From: Rhynchopus sp. YZ270_cl-10
Taxonomy: Eukaryota
Length of the DNA: 64,000 nt
Reading direction: 5' to 3'
Assembly (NCBI GenBank): GCA_964035575.1
Contig: OZ037838.1
Span: forward strand, 620,001-684,000
In this document: positions 41,952 to 53,559 of the stretch, piece after piece
Position numbering within the stretch: the stretch's first letter is position 1
Layout: each line of letters begins with the position of its first letter
Program-made: the position numbers and the translations under genes
The notes under the pieces: model-generated
What the model was told of the DNA's origin: nothing
The model's database searches: none
What the model saw: only the letters and a program-made list of their open reading frames with translations

Positions 41952-43085
41952 TCACTCACTGTTGTGTGGGTACAGATGTCTCGTCACAATGACGGTACCT
42001 TCTTCCAATAGCACAACACCACGTGAACACGGCGATATCGCAAATGCACCTGAACATTGCGGTATCACACGCACACAGGACATGGTCGCCACATCATACT
42101 GGTGCAGTGATGTATTGTAATCGTCATCTGTGTCATCATCAGAATCCGTACCTTCTACCCTGACCACAAGGTACTTCCCACACGGGGTGAACTGCATGCC
42201 CTCGACTTCCCCATCCATACCAACACTGCGAAGAGCAGCACCACTCCAATCAAAGAGCTGCACGGTGTGTTCCTCCCCCACAGCAAAGACAGAGGCAGAC
42301 CGTGAAAGCGCCACTACTGCGCACCACCCATCCGCAGGCACACATGCCACAACTTCACCTGTGTTCACATCCCACAGACGTGCGTTCTTCGCCCTCGTGG
42401 AGGAGGTGATCACGCACCCACCACAGTCAGACACTGCCACGTCCCAGCACATTCCATGCGAGAGAGAGCGGAGCAACGTCAGGTCTTCGTCATACACAGA
42501 GACGCCGTCATTGCCTTTTGAGACAACAACACTGCCACACGCGACCACTGACTTTGAGATGCTGTCGACTTTGCGGACCACCTCCCCACCCGGAAGCGCA
42601 ACCTCGAGAAGGCAATCGTCACACGCCAGGTAGCAGCGTGTCTTGCACCGTGAGATGGCAGGCGCATCCCACACCTCACTGTCTACTTTGAACTTGAAGG
42701 CAGGGCTGAAGGTGTCTGTATCGAGGCCGGTGACATATCCTTCCTCCTGTGCAAAGAGGCAGAGTGCTCCACAAGGAGACAGCGATAAACCCTCTATACT
42801 CATGTCCTGCCCGCCAGGTGGCGCCTCTGCAGTGTACTGAGCAGGACACTTGATGTCGGCCAAGCGAGGACAGGCAAGCACAACCTGCACCCCTGCATCA
42901 AACGCAGTGTCCTGCAGACGGCACGTCCCCTCCAGCACCTGCGTGCCGATGCGCATCTCGACAGACGCAGGCGAGACAGCAAGCGCCGTGCACGCAACCT
43001 CCTTTGCCGCTGCAACGTCCGCCTCGCACGGCACCTCCACTGTCGCAGTCACGCCTGACTCTTCCAGCACAAAGGTCACATCCAT
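41952..43085 (-). CDS. U19: UBL + beta-propeller (377 aa), first unit in transcription order
   Basis: Intact paralogous ORF; start at MDVTF. Confidence 0.9.
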   Translation of the reverse strand: MDVTFVLEESGVTATVEVPCEADVAAAKEVACTALAVSPASVEMRIGTQVLEGTCRLQDTAFDAGVQVVLACPRLADIKCPAQYTAEAPPGGQDMSIEGLSLSPCGALCLFAQEEGYVTGLDTDTFSPAFKFKVDSEVWDAPAISRCKTRCYLACDDCLLEVALPGGEVVRKVDSISKSVVACGSVVVSKGNDGVSVYDEDLTLLRSLSHGMCWDVAVSDCGGCVITSSTRAKNARLWDVNTGEVVACVPADGWCAVVALSRSASVFAVGEEHTVQLFDWSGAALRSVGMDGEVEGMQFTPCGKYLVVRVEGTDSDDDTDDDYNTSLHQYDVATMSCVRVIPQCSGAFAISPCSRGVVLLEEGTVIVTRHLYPHNSE

Positions 43086-43987
43086 TGTTTTCTTCAGGGT
43101 CTGTTGTGTTTGATGTGATGTATTGTATGACTTCGCAACTCGAGTGTTCAGGTCAACGACATCCAAAGAATGGGAAGGGAACACTGTGCTCGCATTGATA
43201 TGGAAGCCTCCGATAGACGCCAACAAAGCAACCCAGACACACCTCTGTTCCCTGACCAGGCATTCCTTAAGTAAATGACTTGTCCTAACAAGTGACCATT
43301 TGTCCTCACCTTCACGTGTCACCGTGACAAGTGAAATTGGTCCTGGGACCACGTCGTGTTTGGGTGCTCAGTGCTGCCGGCGAGGTTATTGGCTCTCCGT
43401 CTATATCAAGCGACCGACTCCGTTGCGACGCGCACACCTCTTCTTCGCACAGCAGGACAAACAGCTCTTTCAAGCACAAACCCTTGATTCTAGAAGCAGA
43501 CCCGCCTGTGACAAATATCAGGTGTTCCTCACGCAAATTACCCATAAGACATGTGAGCATGTGTTTAAGGCAGTTGCGGGTAGTTCCCAGGAGCAGAACA
43601 TTGCTCAGAATGTGGGTGTGCGGGTGTGTGTGTGCAAATGAACAGAGGGGAAATCCGGAGAGGGGAGGAAAAGGACGAAATGATGGACAATCACACTTTT
43701 CTGTTATTTTTTTTCTTCTTTGTAGCCATAGAATCACAAGAAAAAAAGATAAGAAAAAGAAAATAAAGCTTGTAAGATGAATCGGCCTCTTTAATGAACA
43801 CACATCTTTGCCAACTATCGTCGACACAGGGATGGTATTTTTTTTTTTGAGCTGGAAAGCTTTAAAAAAACTCTTCATCCCTACCAAAATATGCAGTTTT
43901 GTTTGTAATTTTTTTTTTTTTTTTTTTTTTTGGTTTGTTTTCAGGCAGGGCTATCGGTAAGAGATATGAAATATGATCGCCTTTTTT

Positions 43988-44022
<35 letters not shown>

Positions 44023-44362
44023 AGGCCAAATATGATCAGAGATGCCCCGCCAACGTGCGGAGCCGAAAGCTCGGAATGGGTTTACCAGGCCACATATGAA
44101 CGGAGATGCCCCGCCAACGTACCGGACCGAAAGCTCGGAATGGGTTTTTGCCGCTGTACACTGTAGTATACTACCTGAACTGAGTATGTGTATATGTCCG
44201 AGCCTCGACCAACACGGACATATGCACGGGGGGGTGTAGGTATTTGGTGTTGTTCATTTACCCTACCACTTTCCGCAATCGATCCGGAAATGCAATTGGG
44301 CTCAATTTCGGGTAGTTTAGGATGACGACAAAAGTGGGCGTACCCCCTTGTTTAAAGTTTAA

Positions 44363-44580
44363 TGTACACCTTCAAAATTTTTTCCGCTCGCTACGCTCGC
44401 GGAGGTACACCTTTAAATATTTTCCCGCTCGCTTCGCTCGCGGAGGTACACCTTCAAAAAAATTTCCGCTCGCTACGCTCGCGGAGGTACACCTTCATTT
44501 TTTTTCCCGCTCGCTTCGCTCGCGGAAGTACACCTTAAAAATTTTCCGCTCGCTACGCTCGCAGAGGTACACCTTAAACT
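44363..44580. repeat. ~41-bp minisatellite, 5 copies
   Basis: Repeated unit tttccgctcgct(a/t)cgctcgcggaggtacacctt. Confidence 0.8.
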
Positions 44581-44629
44581 TTAAATTTTTGTTAACCCCT
44601 TAGACCCCAAGCCGTTTTTTGGACCCACT

Positions 44630-45245
44630 CAGAGATTACGCTCCACTACGTGTGGAACGTATGGAAATCCATACGTGAATTGTTTTTGAAAAGGTGGAAT
44701 CCATACGTGTCCATACGTAGGTAATTTGGGTTTTGGATTGGGGCTGGGGTGGGGTAGGTGAGGGTGAGGGGTGGGGCTCCGCCCCCACCTCTCACCTACC
44801 CCCTACAGAATTCTATTTGTAGGAGACAATTTTCTTTTTTACCGGAAAAGGAGCATGCAGCATGGCGAAAGAAAAAAGTAGCGTACCGTGCGCCTGCGGC
44901 GCTAGATTGCAGTACACCCTTCCCGTGACATAGTAGGCAATTTTAAGCGCAATTTTTAGAAATGTTGCGTACCGTGGCTTCGCCAGAAACTTTCGTTTTA
45001 TCAAAATATGGAAGTAATATTTGCGGAACTAGACCATAGTTACCAACGAAAGTGACATTTTATGTCAAGATTTTTTAGAAATGTTGCGTACCGTGGCTTC
45101 GCCAGTGCCATGACTGGTGATTTCTCCAGTTCTTCGAACTTTCACAGCCCTTCTCAACCAAAGCGCGAATTGTTTTTGCTTAGAATTGTACGTGTTGAAA
45201 ATCCATACGTACTTTTTCATTTTTGGGGGAGCTGCGTAATCCCTG
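44630..45245 (-). mobile_element. hAT-type MITE, copy 1 (inverted relative to the 52.9 kb copy)
   Basis: TIRs cagagattacgc / gcgtaatccctg, with a perfect 8-bp TSD gacccact at 44622-44629 and 45246-45253. Confidence 0.88.
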
Positions 45246-47452
45246 GACCCACTTTTGAGTTTTGGTTTTTGGGACTTTCCAACCGGTAAAGGGACCCCAG
45301 ATGCAATTTTTTGATCGTACCTGGCCGCAATTGAAAGATTTTGAACACGGCTTTCAATTCCATTTTTTAAGTACCTATCCCCCCCGTGGATATGTCCGGA
45401 CCCATTTTGATGTGTATATGCCCGGCACTTTCCTGAAAATTTTCCGGACATATCCACATATGAGGAGAGATGCCCCGCCAACGTGCGGGGCCGAAAGCTC
45501 GGAATGGGTTTTGCCCGTAAACTCGTGTTTTTTTTTTTTTTTTTTGAAATATGATTTTGAAATATGAAATATGATATATGATGCCCCCCAAAACCCCTTC
45601 TTACCGATAGCCCTGGTTTTCAGGGCCTTTTCTAAGTCCATGGGCCCATGGCACCCCTCCGAAAACACACTTTTTTTCTGTACAAATGCCACACGTAAAA
45701 AAAATATTTTTTCTGTACAAATGCCACAGGCAAAATATTTTTTCTGGACTTTTGCCACATGGGAGGTGGGGGGCGGAGCCCCCACCCACCGGCCCCCAAA
45801 AAAAATTCTTTAAAAAAAAAGGAAAAAAAAGAAGAAACACACAGGGTTTTATCTCCTTATGTTAGTGGTCCCTAGACCGGGTAAAATAAAAAAAAAAATA
45901 TTTACCCGGTCTGGGAAAAAAAAAAAAATAACCACCCGGCCAGGCCAAAAAAAAACCCAAAATGATATATCTTGGGGGTACCTCACACAAACCTCTAAGA
46001 GTGACCAGAACTGGCCTCATGAACAAAGTGACCCCGTCACAGCCAGAACGCGACCCAATTGGTCAAACGCCGAAGGAAAAGGAAGCATGCAGCATGGCGA
46101 AAGGAAAAAAAGTAGCGTACCGTGCGCCTGCGGCGCAAGATTGCAAGCCACCCATGACATAGTTTGGCTGTAAAATGTGCAATTTTAAGCACAATATTTT
46201 GAAATGTTGCGTACCGTGGCTTCGCCAAAACTTTCGTTCAGCAAAATATGGAAGTAACATTTACGGGAACTGACGATAATGACCAACGACAGTGCCATTT
46301 GATGTCAACATTTTTTTAGAAATGTTGCGTACCGTGGCTTCGCCAGGAATCAGTTCTGTTTCGTATTTGCGTTAATTAGTCTTGGTTTCCCATCCCCTCC
46401 CTCCCTAGTTCATACGCAAGGGCATCTTCCCTTTCTGTGCACCGCTTAGTGGTGTCCTTACGTCACTTTTGACCATACTTTTCTTTTCCTCACCCCCACC
46501 CCTTTGCTTTAACTTTGCTTGCACACCCCGACCCACCCGGAGAGGCCTGGGGACGGGATAGTTCACAACCGCCCCTTCTCCTATTTGACTCATTTTTCCC
46601 CTTCTTCAACCCCCACCCCCGAAAAACCCCTCTCAAAAATATGAGGGGAGATGCCCCGCCAACGCACCGACCGGAAAGCTCGGAATGGGTTTTGAAAATA
46701 TGCGGGGAGATGCCCCGCCAACGTACCGACCGGAAAGCTCGGAATGGGTTTCCGGGAGTTTTTTACGTGTGGCATTTGTACAGAAAAAAGTCATTGGCAC
46801 CTCGGCCAAAATCGGGGTTTTTGGCTCAACTTAGAGCCACCCCTGTTTGTTTTTCTTTTTGTAATAACTTGCTAGAATAATGCACCTGCCCCCCCCCTTG
46901 TCAAGCTCCACTTTACCCAAAACCATTCACGCCAAAAACGGTAATCCTGGGCTGGACTTTAAATTGCATCCGGGGCCCTTTTGTAGCACTTCCTCCTGAA
47001 ACTCTGTGAAGGTCTGCCTGAGGGTGAAAGGTGCTGGGAGGGCTTCCCCACTCAGTGAAAAGGCCGTAATAGGTGTCTACGTAATGGCAAAAGCCACTCC
47101 CAAAAGGAGAGAAAACGTCACTACAGATATGCCGTCGGTTATCTGGCTTTTCCTCGTGGCACTACCACAGCACCGAAGTGGGAACCCCTAGAAATTTAAA
47201 AAATAAAAAAGATCGGGTCTTTTGTTTGTGCGCTCAAAGCCGGGAAAACAAAAAGGTGAAAAAATGTGTTAAACTGAAGTACGGTTGTTGTGGTTAATTG
47301 AGTACTCAAAGAAAACAAGCAAGCTTCTGTTTTTTTTTAATCCGTTTTGTTTGCCCTGCAGCGCTGCCTCCAATCTTTTTAGAATTGACAACAAGTTGTT
47401 TTATCAAAAAAAAAAAGGACCTCCCTTCGTTTCCTTCTCTTCTTATCCTTGA

Positions 47453-48749
47453 TTAGACCTTTAGTATACTGCCTTCTAGATGTCGTGTGACTTCTTCGAT
47501 GCGTTGGACTAGTTCTTTGAGGCGGATTTCCTGTTGTGGCTTGGTGAGAAGGACGGGAGCCATTTCGCGGGTTCCGCTTCTGTCGCTGTCGCTGAGATCC
47601 GCTGCTTCGATAGCCGCTTCTGCCAGCGCCTCTGCCTCCACGCGCTCCTTTTCGGCTGTATAATCCCTTCGCACATCTGTGAACTTTGCTCCAATGATGA
47701 TGACAGGGAAGGCAAGGGTTAACACCCCACAGAACATTGTCATCACCCCGACCAAATACCCTGGGAACGTGACAGGCACAAGATCGCCGTACCCAACAGT
47801 GGTGACGGTCACAATGCACCACCAGTATCCGTTGAAGATCGACTGAAAGGGATGATCCACTGCAGGCCCTCCGTAGTAGTCTAGGCGGACCCAGGTTCGG
47901 TTGTCTTCGTCCCATTGCGCGGCGAGCTGCTCTGCGTAGAACATTGCGGACCCGAAGAGCACGGTGATGAGCACAACAAGAAACACCAGCAACGACAATG
48001 CGTCAGATGACTGCGACAGCGACACCCACACCACCTGCACACCTTCATTGTATTTGGACAGTTTGAATATCCTGAACACCCTTGTCAACCGAATGACCCG
48101 CAATACAATAAGCCGTTTCGCTGCAGATTCACCACCCGTCAATGCACGCAGAATCAGCCCAATGTAAAAAGGCAAAATCGCGACCAAATCTATCCAATTA
48201 AAAAGCGACGAAAAAAATTGGCACACATCCGGGCACGTAGCGACACGAAAGAGAAACTCTAGCGTAAACCATGAGACGCAGGCGATTTCGAGGATTTTGA
48301 ATTCAATCATATCACGTTCATAATACTCTGGGAGTGTTTCAAGGCTGTACTCAATGACGCTCACAACGATGACCATGAAGGAGAACAGCGAGAAGGCGAG
48401 GACCTTGCGGGAGTGCTGGTCTGCGTAGGCCTCCTCCTCTTTCCCTGTCGCGTCGATGAGGGCGTGCATGCGTTGCTTCAACGACAGATCGCGGATTTCC
48501 TCGGGGTTTACCTTGGGCGGCTTAATACGAAACGACCCTGCTTGCGACTCTGTATCCAATGCGACACGCAAAGGTGTCCGAAACGAAGGTGACGAAGGCG
48601 ACCCACGAGCAGTCATTGGAGTTCCAAGCGCTGTCATTGGTGTACCGCGGAGTGGAGACTTTGGTGCAGGATTCCCTATAGCGCGGGGTGACGGCCCTAA
48701 GGCAGCAAGAGGTATAGGACGTCGGTCTGTAGACCGGCGAGGTGATGCT
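47453..48749 (-). CDS. Voltage-gated K+ channel (Kv/Shaker-superfamily 6TM), terminal exon; 5' end uncertain
   Basis: S4 LRVIRLTRVFRIFKLSKY, pore YWWCIVTVTTVGYGDLVP and S6 LAFPV. The frame is open upstream of ATG 48637 to a ctctctccttcacag acceptor ending at 48750. Confidence 0.92.
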
Positions 48750-49717
48750 CTGTGAAGGAGAGAGAGGGAGGCATCAGAATGTGGTGTGCCCGTAGCTCAG
48801 ATCAAAGTAGTAAGTGTGTAGGGTTCTCAATATATGAGACAAAGAGAGAGGTTACGAGAGAACATCAAAGTGCTCGTAATGGGGTGGGTTAATGACTGAT
48901 AAGGTGCTGTTGGCTGAAAAAGCCAAAAAAAAAAAAAAATGCACTCTGACAAAAGTCCTGACAAAAAAGTGACCTTTTTTTGGACACCATAATGTGTGGT
49001 TTGTGGTTACATACAATGGGGGCATTGTACTAGAGAGTGGCCAATCTGAGTCCTACGGAAATGTGTGAATCCGCGCCTGGATAGGGGGGCCTTTCAAACG
49101 CCCTTTCCCACTATGTTGCCAAGGGTATTGTGCCAATTGGAAAATCGTTGCCGTTTATTTTTGTTCTTTGTATGGTATTGTGTAAATTGCCTGTACAGAG
49201 TGGTGAATATTTGAAGGAGAAGAAGGCCGCAACGAGCCCTGGGATTGCATTTCATAAGAAGAAGAAAAAAGGTCTGACACAGATAATGTTCATCCTTCTG
49301 AATTGCCTATGCATACTACAAGACACACAGTGTTTCGAGACATATAGTGGTGCTGTGGTAAAGGTCGCTATGTCAGGTGCCCACCCTACGTAAACTAATC
49401 TGAGATACACACGCCTCACAAAGACCGCAACCCGAAGGAGTGATACTTAATGAGGACATGAGCACAACAGACTTCGCGTCCTCGAGCGGATACGTATCCT
49501 CAGCAGTCTGCCTTTTGCCAACACACAACACAAAGACAGTAGGTGCCGCTGCCTGCCCCACCCAAACCCACCCTCACCAAGAAAATCACTCTACGGGCAG
49601 AGGAGGGGCACATGAAGCTTGCAGATACGATCAAAAAAATTTTTTTGATTCATTCTCCTATCAGATAGCCGCAATTTTTCTTCACAGGATTCTTTTATGG
49701 GGTGTCCCCAACCCCGG

Positions 49718-49800
49718 TGAAATCCGGGCGAAATCGGGTGAAATCGGGTGAAATCGGGTGAAATCGGGTGAAATCGGGCGAAATCGGGCGAAATCGGGCA
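49718..49800. repeat. 10-bp tandem repeat (gaaatcggg[t/c])n, recurring at 51278-51320
   Basis: Direct reading; it flanks the 7-bp satellite on both sides. Confidence 0.85.
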
Positions 49801-49946
49801 AAAACAGGGTTTTTTGGCTTCTGTGAGGGTTTGGCCCAGTAAAACACCCAGAAACCGCGCTTTTCGAGATTTCCGGGCTGGGTCTGGGTGAAATAAAAAA
49901 AAAATCGGCCACTTTCGTTGAGCAGAACCCCTTTAGGTGACTCACT

Positions 49947-50998
49947 GTACACAGTACACAGTACACAGTACACAGTACACAGTACACAGTACACAGTACA
50001 CAGTACACAGTACACAGTACACAGTACACAGTACACAGTACACAGTACACAGTACACAGTACACAGTACACAGTACACAGTACACAGTACACAGTACACA
50101 GTACACAGTACACAGTACACAGTACACAGTACACAGTACACAGTACACAGTACACAGTACACAGTACACAGTACACAGTACACAGTACACAGTACACAGT
50201 ACACAGTACACAGTACACAGTACACAGTACACAGTACACAGTACACAGTACACAGTACACAGTACACAGTACACAGTACACAGTACACAGTACACAGTAC
50301 ACAGTACACAGTACACAGTACACAGTACACAGTACACAGTACACAGTACACAGTACACAGTACACAGTACACAGTACACAGTACACAGTACACAGTACAC
50401 AGTACACAGTACACAGTACACAGTACACAGTACACAGTACACAGTACACAGTACACAGTACACAGTACACAGTACACAGTACACAGTACACAGTACACAG
50501 TACACAGTACACAGTACACAGTACACAGTACACAGTACACAGTACACAGTACACAGTACACAGTACACAGTACACAGTACACAGTACACAGTACACAGTA
50601 CACAGTACACAGTACACAGTACACAGTACACAGTACACAGTACACAGTACACAGTACACAGTACACAGTACACAGTACACAGTACACAGTACACAGTACA
50701 CAGTACACAGTACACAGTACACAGTACACAGTACACAGTACACAGTACACAGTACACAGTACACAGTACACAGTACACAGTACACAGTACACAGTACACA
50801 GTACACAGTACACAGTACACAGTACACAGTACACAGTACACAGTACACAGTACACAGTACACAGTACACAGTACACAGTACACAGTACACAGTACACAGT
50901 ACACAGTACACAGTACACAGTACACAGTACACAGTACACAGTACACAGTACACAGTACACAGTACACAGTACACAGTACACAGTACACAGTACACAGT
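49947..50998. repeat. Perfect heptamer satellite (GTACACA)n, ~150 copies
   Basis: About 1050 bp with no visible mismatch. Confidence 0.98.
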
Positions 50999-51067
50999 TT
51001 GGGTGGGTATTGGCACAAACCATCGTAGGTACACGCGCCAATAACGTTCAACCCGCTCCTCCAGGCT

Positions 51068-51235
51068 GTTTCCTAATTCTGGAAATTTTCCGGAAAATTC
51101 CGACATCTGGAAGCAAATATTTTCCCTGAAAAAAAGTGGGCTCCAAAACATGCCGCGATTGGCGTTTCCGGAATCCGTCCGCGCTGTGGTGGGGTCACTT
51201 TGCCGAAATGGCCAAGTTCTTGGTTTTGGTCAAAC
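51068..51235 (+). repeat. Dispersed repeat shared with 63007-63180 (partial third copy near 63285-63350)
   Basis: gtttcctaatt.tggaaattttccggaaaattccgacat...ggaatccgtccgcgctgtggtggggtcactttgccgaaatggccaagttcttggttttggtcaaa occurs in both places. Confidence 0.8.
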
Positions 51236-52906
51236 CCCGCCCAAGCTCCCCACCGCCAACCCAAAAAAAGGAATTTTTGAAATCCGGGCGAAATCGGGTG
51301 AAATCGGGTGAAATTGGGTTCAGGTGGGCACAGGTGGGCCCAGGTGGGCTCTAGGGGGGCGATTGTGGGCTGGTCGCGGGACACCACATTTTATTAAAAA
51401 AAAACGAATCAATCAATTATAGGGGGGAGGAAGTTCTTTTTTCTTTTTTGACTGCTCTTTGACGGAAGGGAAGAATATGAAGGGATCGGGGAGGGGGGAA
51501 AAAAACTTTTTTTTAAAAATAACTGAAATCATCTTTCAAAAAAAAAAGAAGGAAAAATAAAAAGGTTTTAGTTTTCTATACTTTCAAATCGAAGAAGAGA
51601 AAGTACAAAGGACGTTCTATTCAGATATGTCCAATCTTTTTTATGGATAAAAATATGTTTAGAATATGTGAAAAAGAAAAGAGAAAAAGCAATTGTTTCC
51701 GTGAAACTTTTCAGTAGATTGGTTTCGAACATTAAACCCTGTCTTCTGTTTTTTTTTTTTTTCAGAAAGTATACAGTATTCAAAAAAGGGTAGATCTCAT
51801 TAGTAATTCCTCTTTGCATGGTGGGTCGAGGTCGTGAAACCGATGCATATCATGTAAAAAAGCGTATAGAGAGTGGGTGGGGCTTCGTAGGAAAAAAGGA
51901 AAAAAATTTGCAGTCTGATAAGAAAATTACTAGTACTAGTAATAAAAAAAAAAATAAAAAAAATTGAGAGGAACCAACAATTACCGAGGTAATGTCAAAC
52001 AGCTGCTCTCCTTATTCTGTTTTATTTTCCTTTTTTTTTTGTTGCAGTTTCGACAATATTTTCCTTGCTAATGTTTTGGCATTGGTGCTGCGCTCTCTCT
52101 CTCTCTCTCTTTTAACTAAATCCTCCTTTTTTTCCTCCTCATCAATCAACTTCCCAAAATGGAAGAAACATTGACAAACTCTTTTTCGCTGCACTGCTCT
52201 CCCCTTTCCTAACATACCATGCACACAACAGATCAATCAGGGGGACTACTACTCGAATTACTGGTCGTAACAACTATCGTTATTTTTACAACTAATTTTA
52301 CGACACGATGTCATAATAAAAATAGCAAACGAGCAGTTCGATACTAGTAATACCAATAGGAGGCACCCCTAGAGTAAGTCTGTCGTGCAATCGGAAAACT
52401 ACCTAGACCCAAAAAAAAAGGGGTCAGACCAATAAATTGGCAGATGCCTTCCTCTTCCGATTTGATTAATAAAGCAAAACAAAAATCTTTCTCCTTTCAC
52501 TGCAACCTACAGAGTCTGGATGTGAACCTGGAAGGTGGCCGTTCGCCGAAGCTAGACTTGGCCCAATAAACTCATGTATCCTATTAATAGGCATGACGCT
52601 CATTTTCGGTTCATTTTGCTTTTTCTTCTTTTTTCCTTTTTTGTTCTTTTTAATTTTCTTTATTTGAATTTTTCGTTTCCCACGAAGAGGGGGGGAAAAT
52701 AGATGCAGGTGGGACACTAGAGTCCCTTTGCCATTCCTTTTTCCCTACCCTTCCGAGGGAGGTTCGGTTTAACAATAGCACCTGAAGGATTTTGGACTAA
52801 GCTGGTTTTGAAGCAAAGCGATATCTATATTACACATATGGTGTGGCTGAACCCAAAAAAAACAAGTAATTGCTATCGGAAAAAAAACGGGGTGTGATGT
52901 GGAACT

Positions 52907-53559
52907 CAGGGATTACGCAGCTCCCCCAAAAATAAAAAAAGTACGTATGGATTTTCAACACGTACAATTCTAAGCAAAAACAATTAAAAACCGCGCGCGC
53001 TTCGCGCGCGCTCTCCCTGGAAAAGTTGGTTGAGAAGGGTTGTGAAAGTTCGAAGAACTGGAGAAATCATCAGTCATGGCATCCAAATGTTCCTGGCGAA
53101 GCCACGGTACGCAACATTTCTAAAAAATCTTGACATAAAATGGCACTTTCGTTGGTAACTATGGTCCAGTTCCGTAAACTTTACTTCCATATTTTGCTAA
53201 AACGAAAGTTTCTGGCGAAGCCACGGTACGCAACATTTCTAAAAATTGCGCTTAAAATTGCCTATTATGTCATGGGAAGGGTGTATTGCAATCTAGCGCC
53301 GCAGGCGCACGGTACGCTACTTTTCTCTTTCGCCATGCTGCATGCTCCTTTTCCGGTAAAATAGAAAATTGTCTCCTACAAATAGAATTCTGTAGGGGGT
53401 AGGTGAGAGGTGGGGGCGGAGCCCCACTCCTCACCTACCCCACCCCAGCCCCAATCCAAAACCCAAATTACCTACGTATGGACACGTATGGATTCCACCT
53501 TTTCAAAAACAATTCACGTATGGATTTCCATACGTTCCACACGTGGAGCGTAATCCCTG
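52907..53559 (+). mobile_element. hAT-type MITE, copy 2
   Basis: Perfect 12-bp TIRs cagggattacgc / gcgtaatccctg, with a perfect 8-bp TSD gtggaact at 52899-52906 and 53560-53567. Internal sequence is the reverse complement of 44630-45245. Confidence 0.92.

Larger units (their letters stand above)
44040..46755. repeat. Dispersed ~45-bp motif gagatgccccgccaacg..ccgaaagctcggaatgggttt (5 copies) within nested repeat DNA
   Basis: Copies near 44040, 44102, 45466, 46647 and 46706. Confidence 0.75.

Noticed and set aside
7798..43085. Diversity-generating retroelement (TR/VR adenine mutagenesis) as the source of loop variation
   Set aside because: Variation includes indels and all base types across ~14 loops. 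There is no TR/VR pair and no intact RT in the window.
7798..43085. CRISPR-like array (constant blocks alternating with variable blocks)
   Set aside because: The constant blocks differ from one another and are in-frame coding beta-strands. There are no cas genes and the context is eukaryotic.
7798..43085. Surface antigen family (VSG-like) or V(D)J-type segments with recombination signals
   Set aside because: No signal peptide, TM or GPI signal. Each unit is a complete ORF, and I found no consistent heptamer/nonamer-like signals at loop borders.
49947..50998. Interstitial telomeric repeat
   Set aside because: GTACACA/TGTGTAC lacks the G-run typical of telomere repeats and lies inside a dispersed element.
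49682..51151. 363-489 aa ORFs (VYCVLCT / STQYTVH repeats)
   Set aside because: Artefacts of the stop-free 7-bp satellite.
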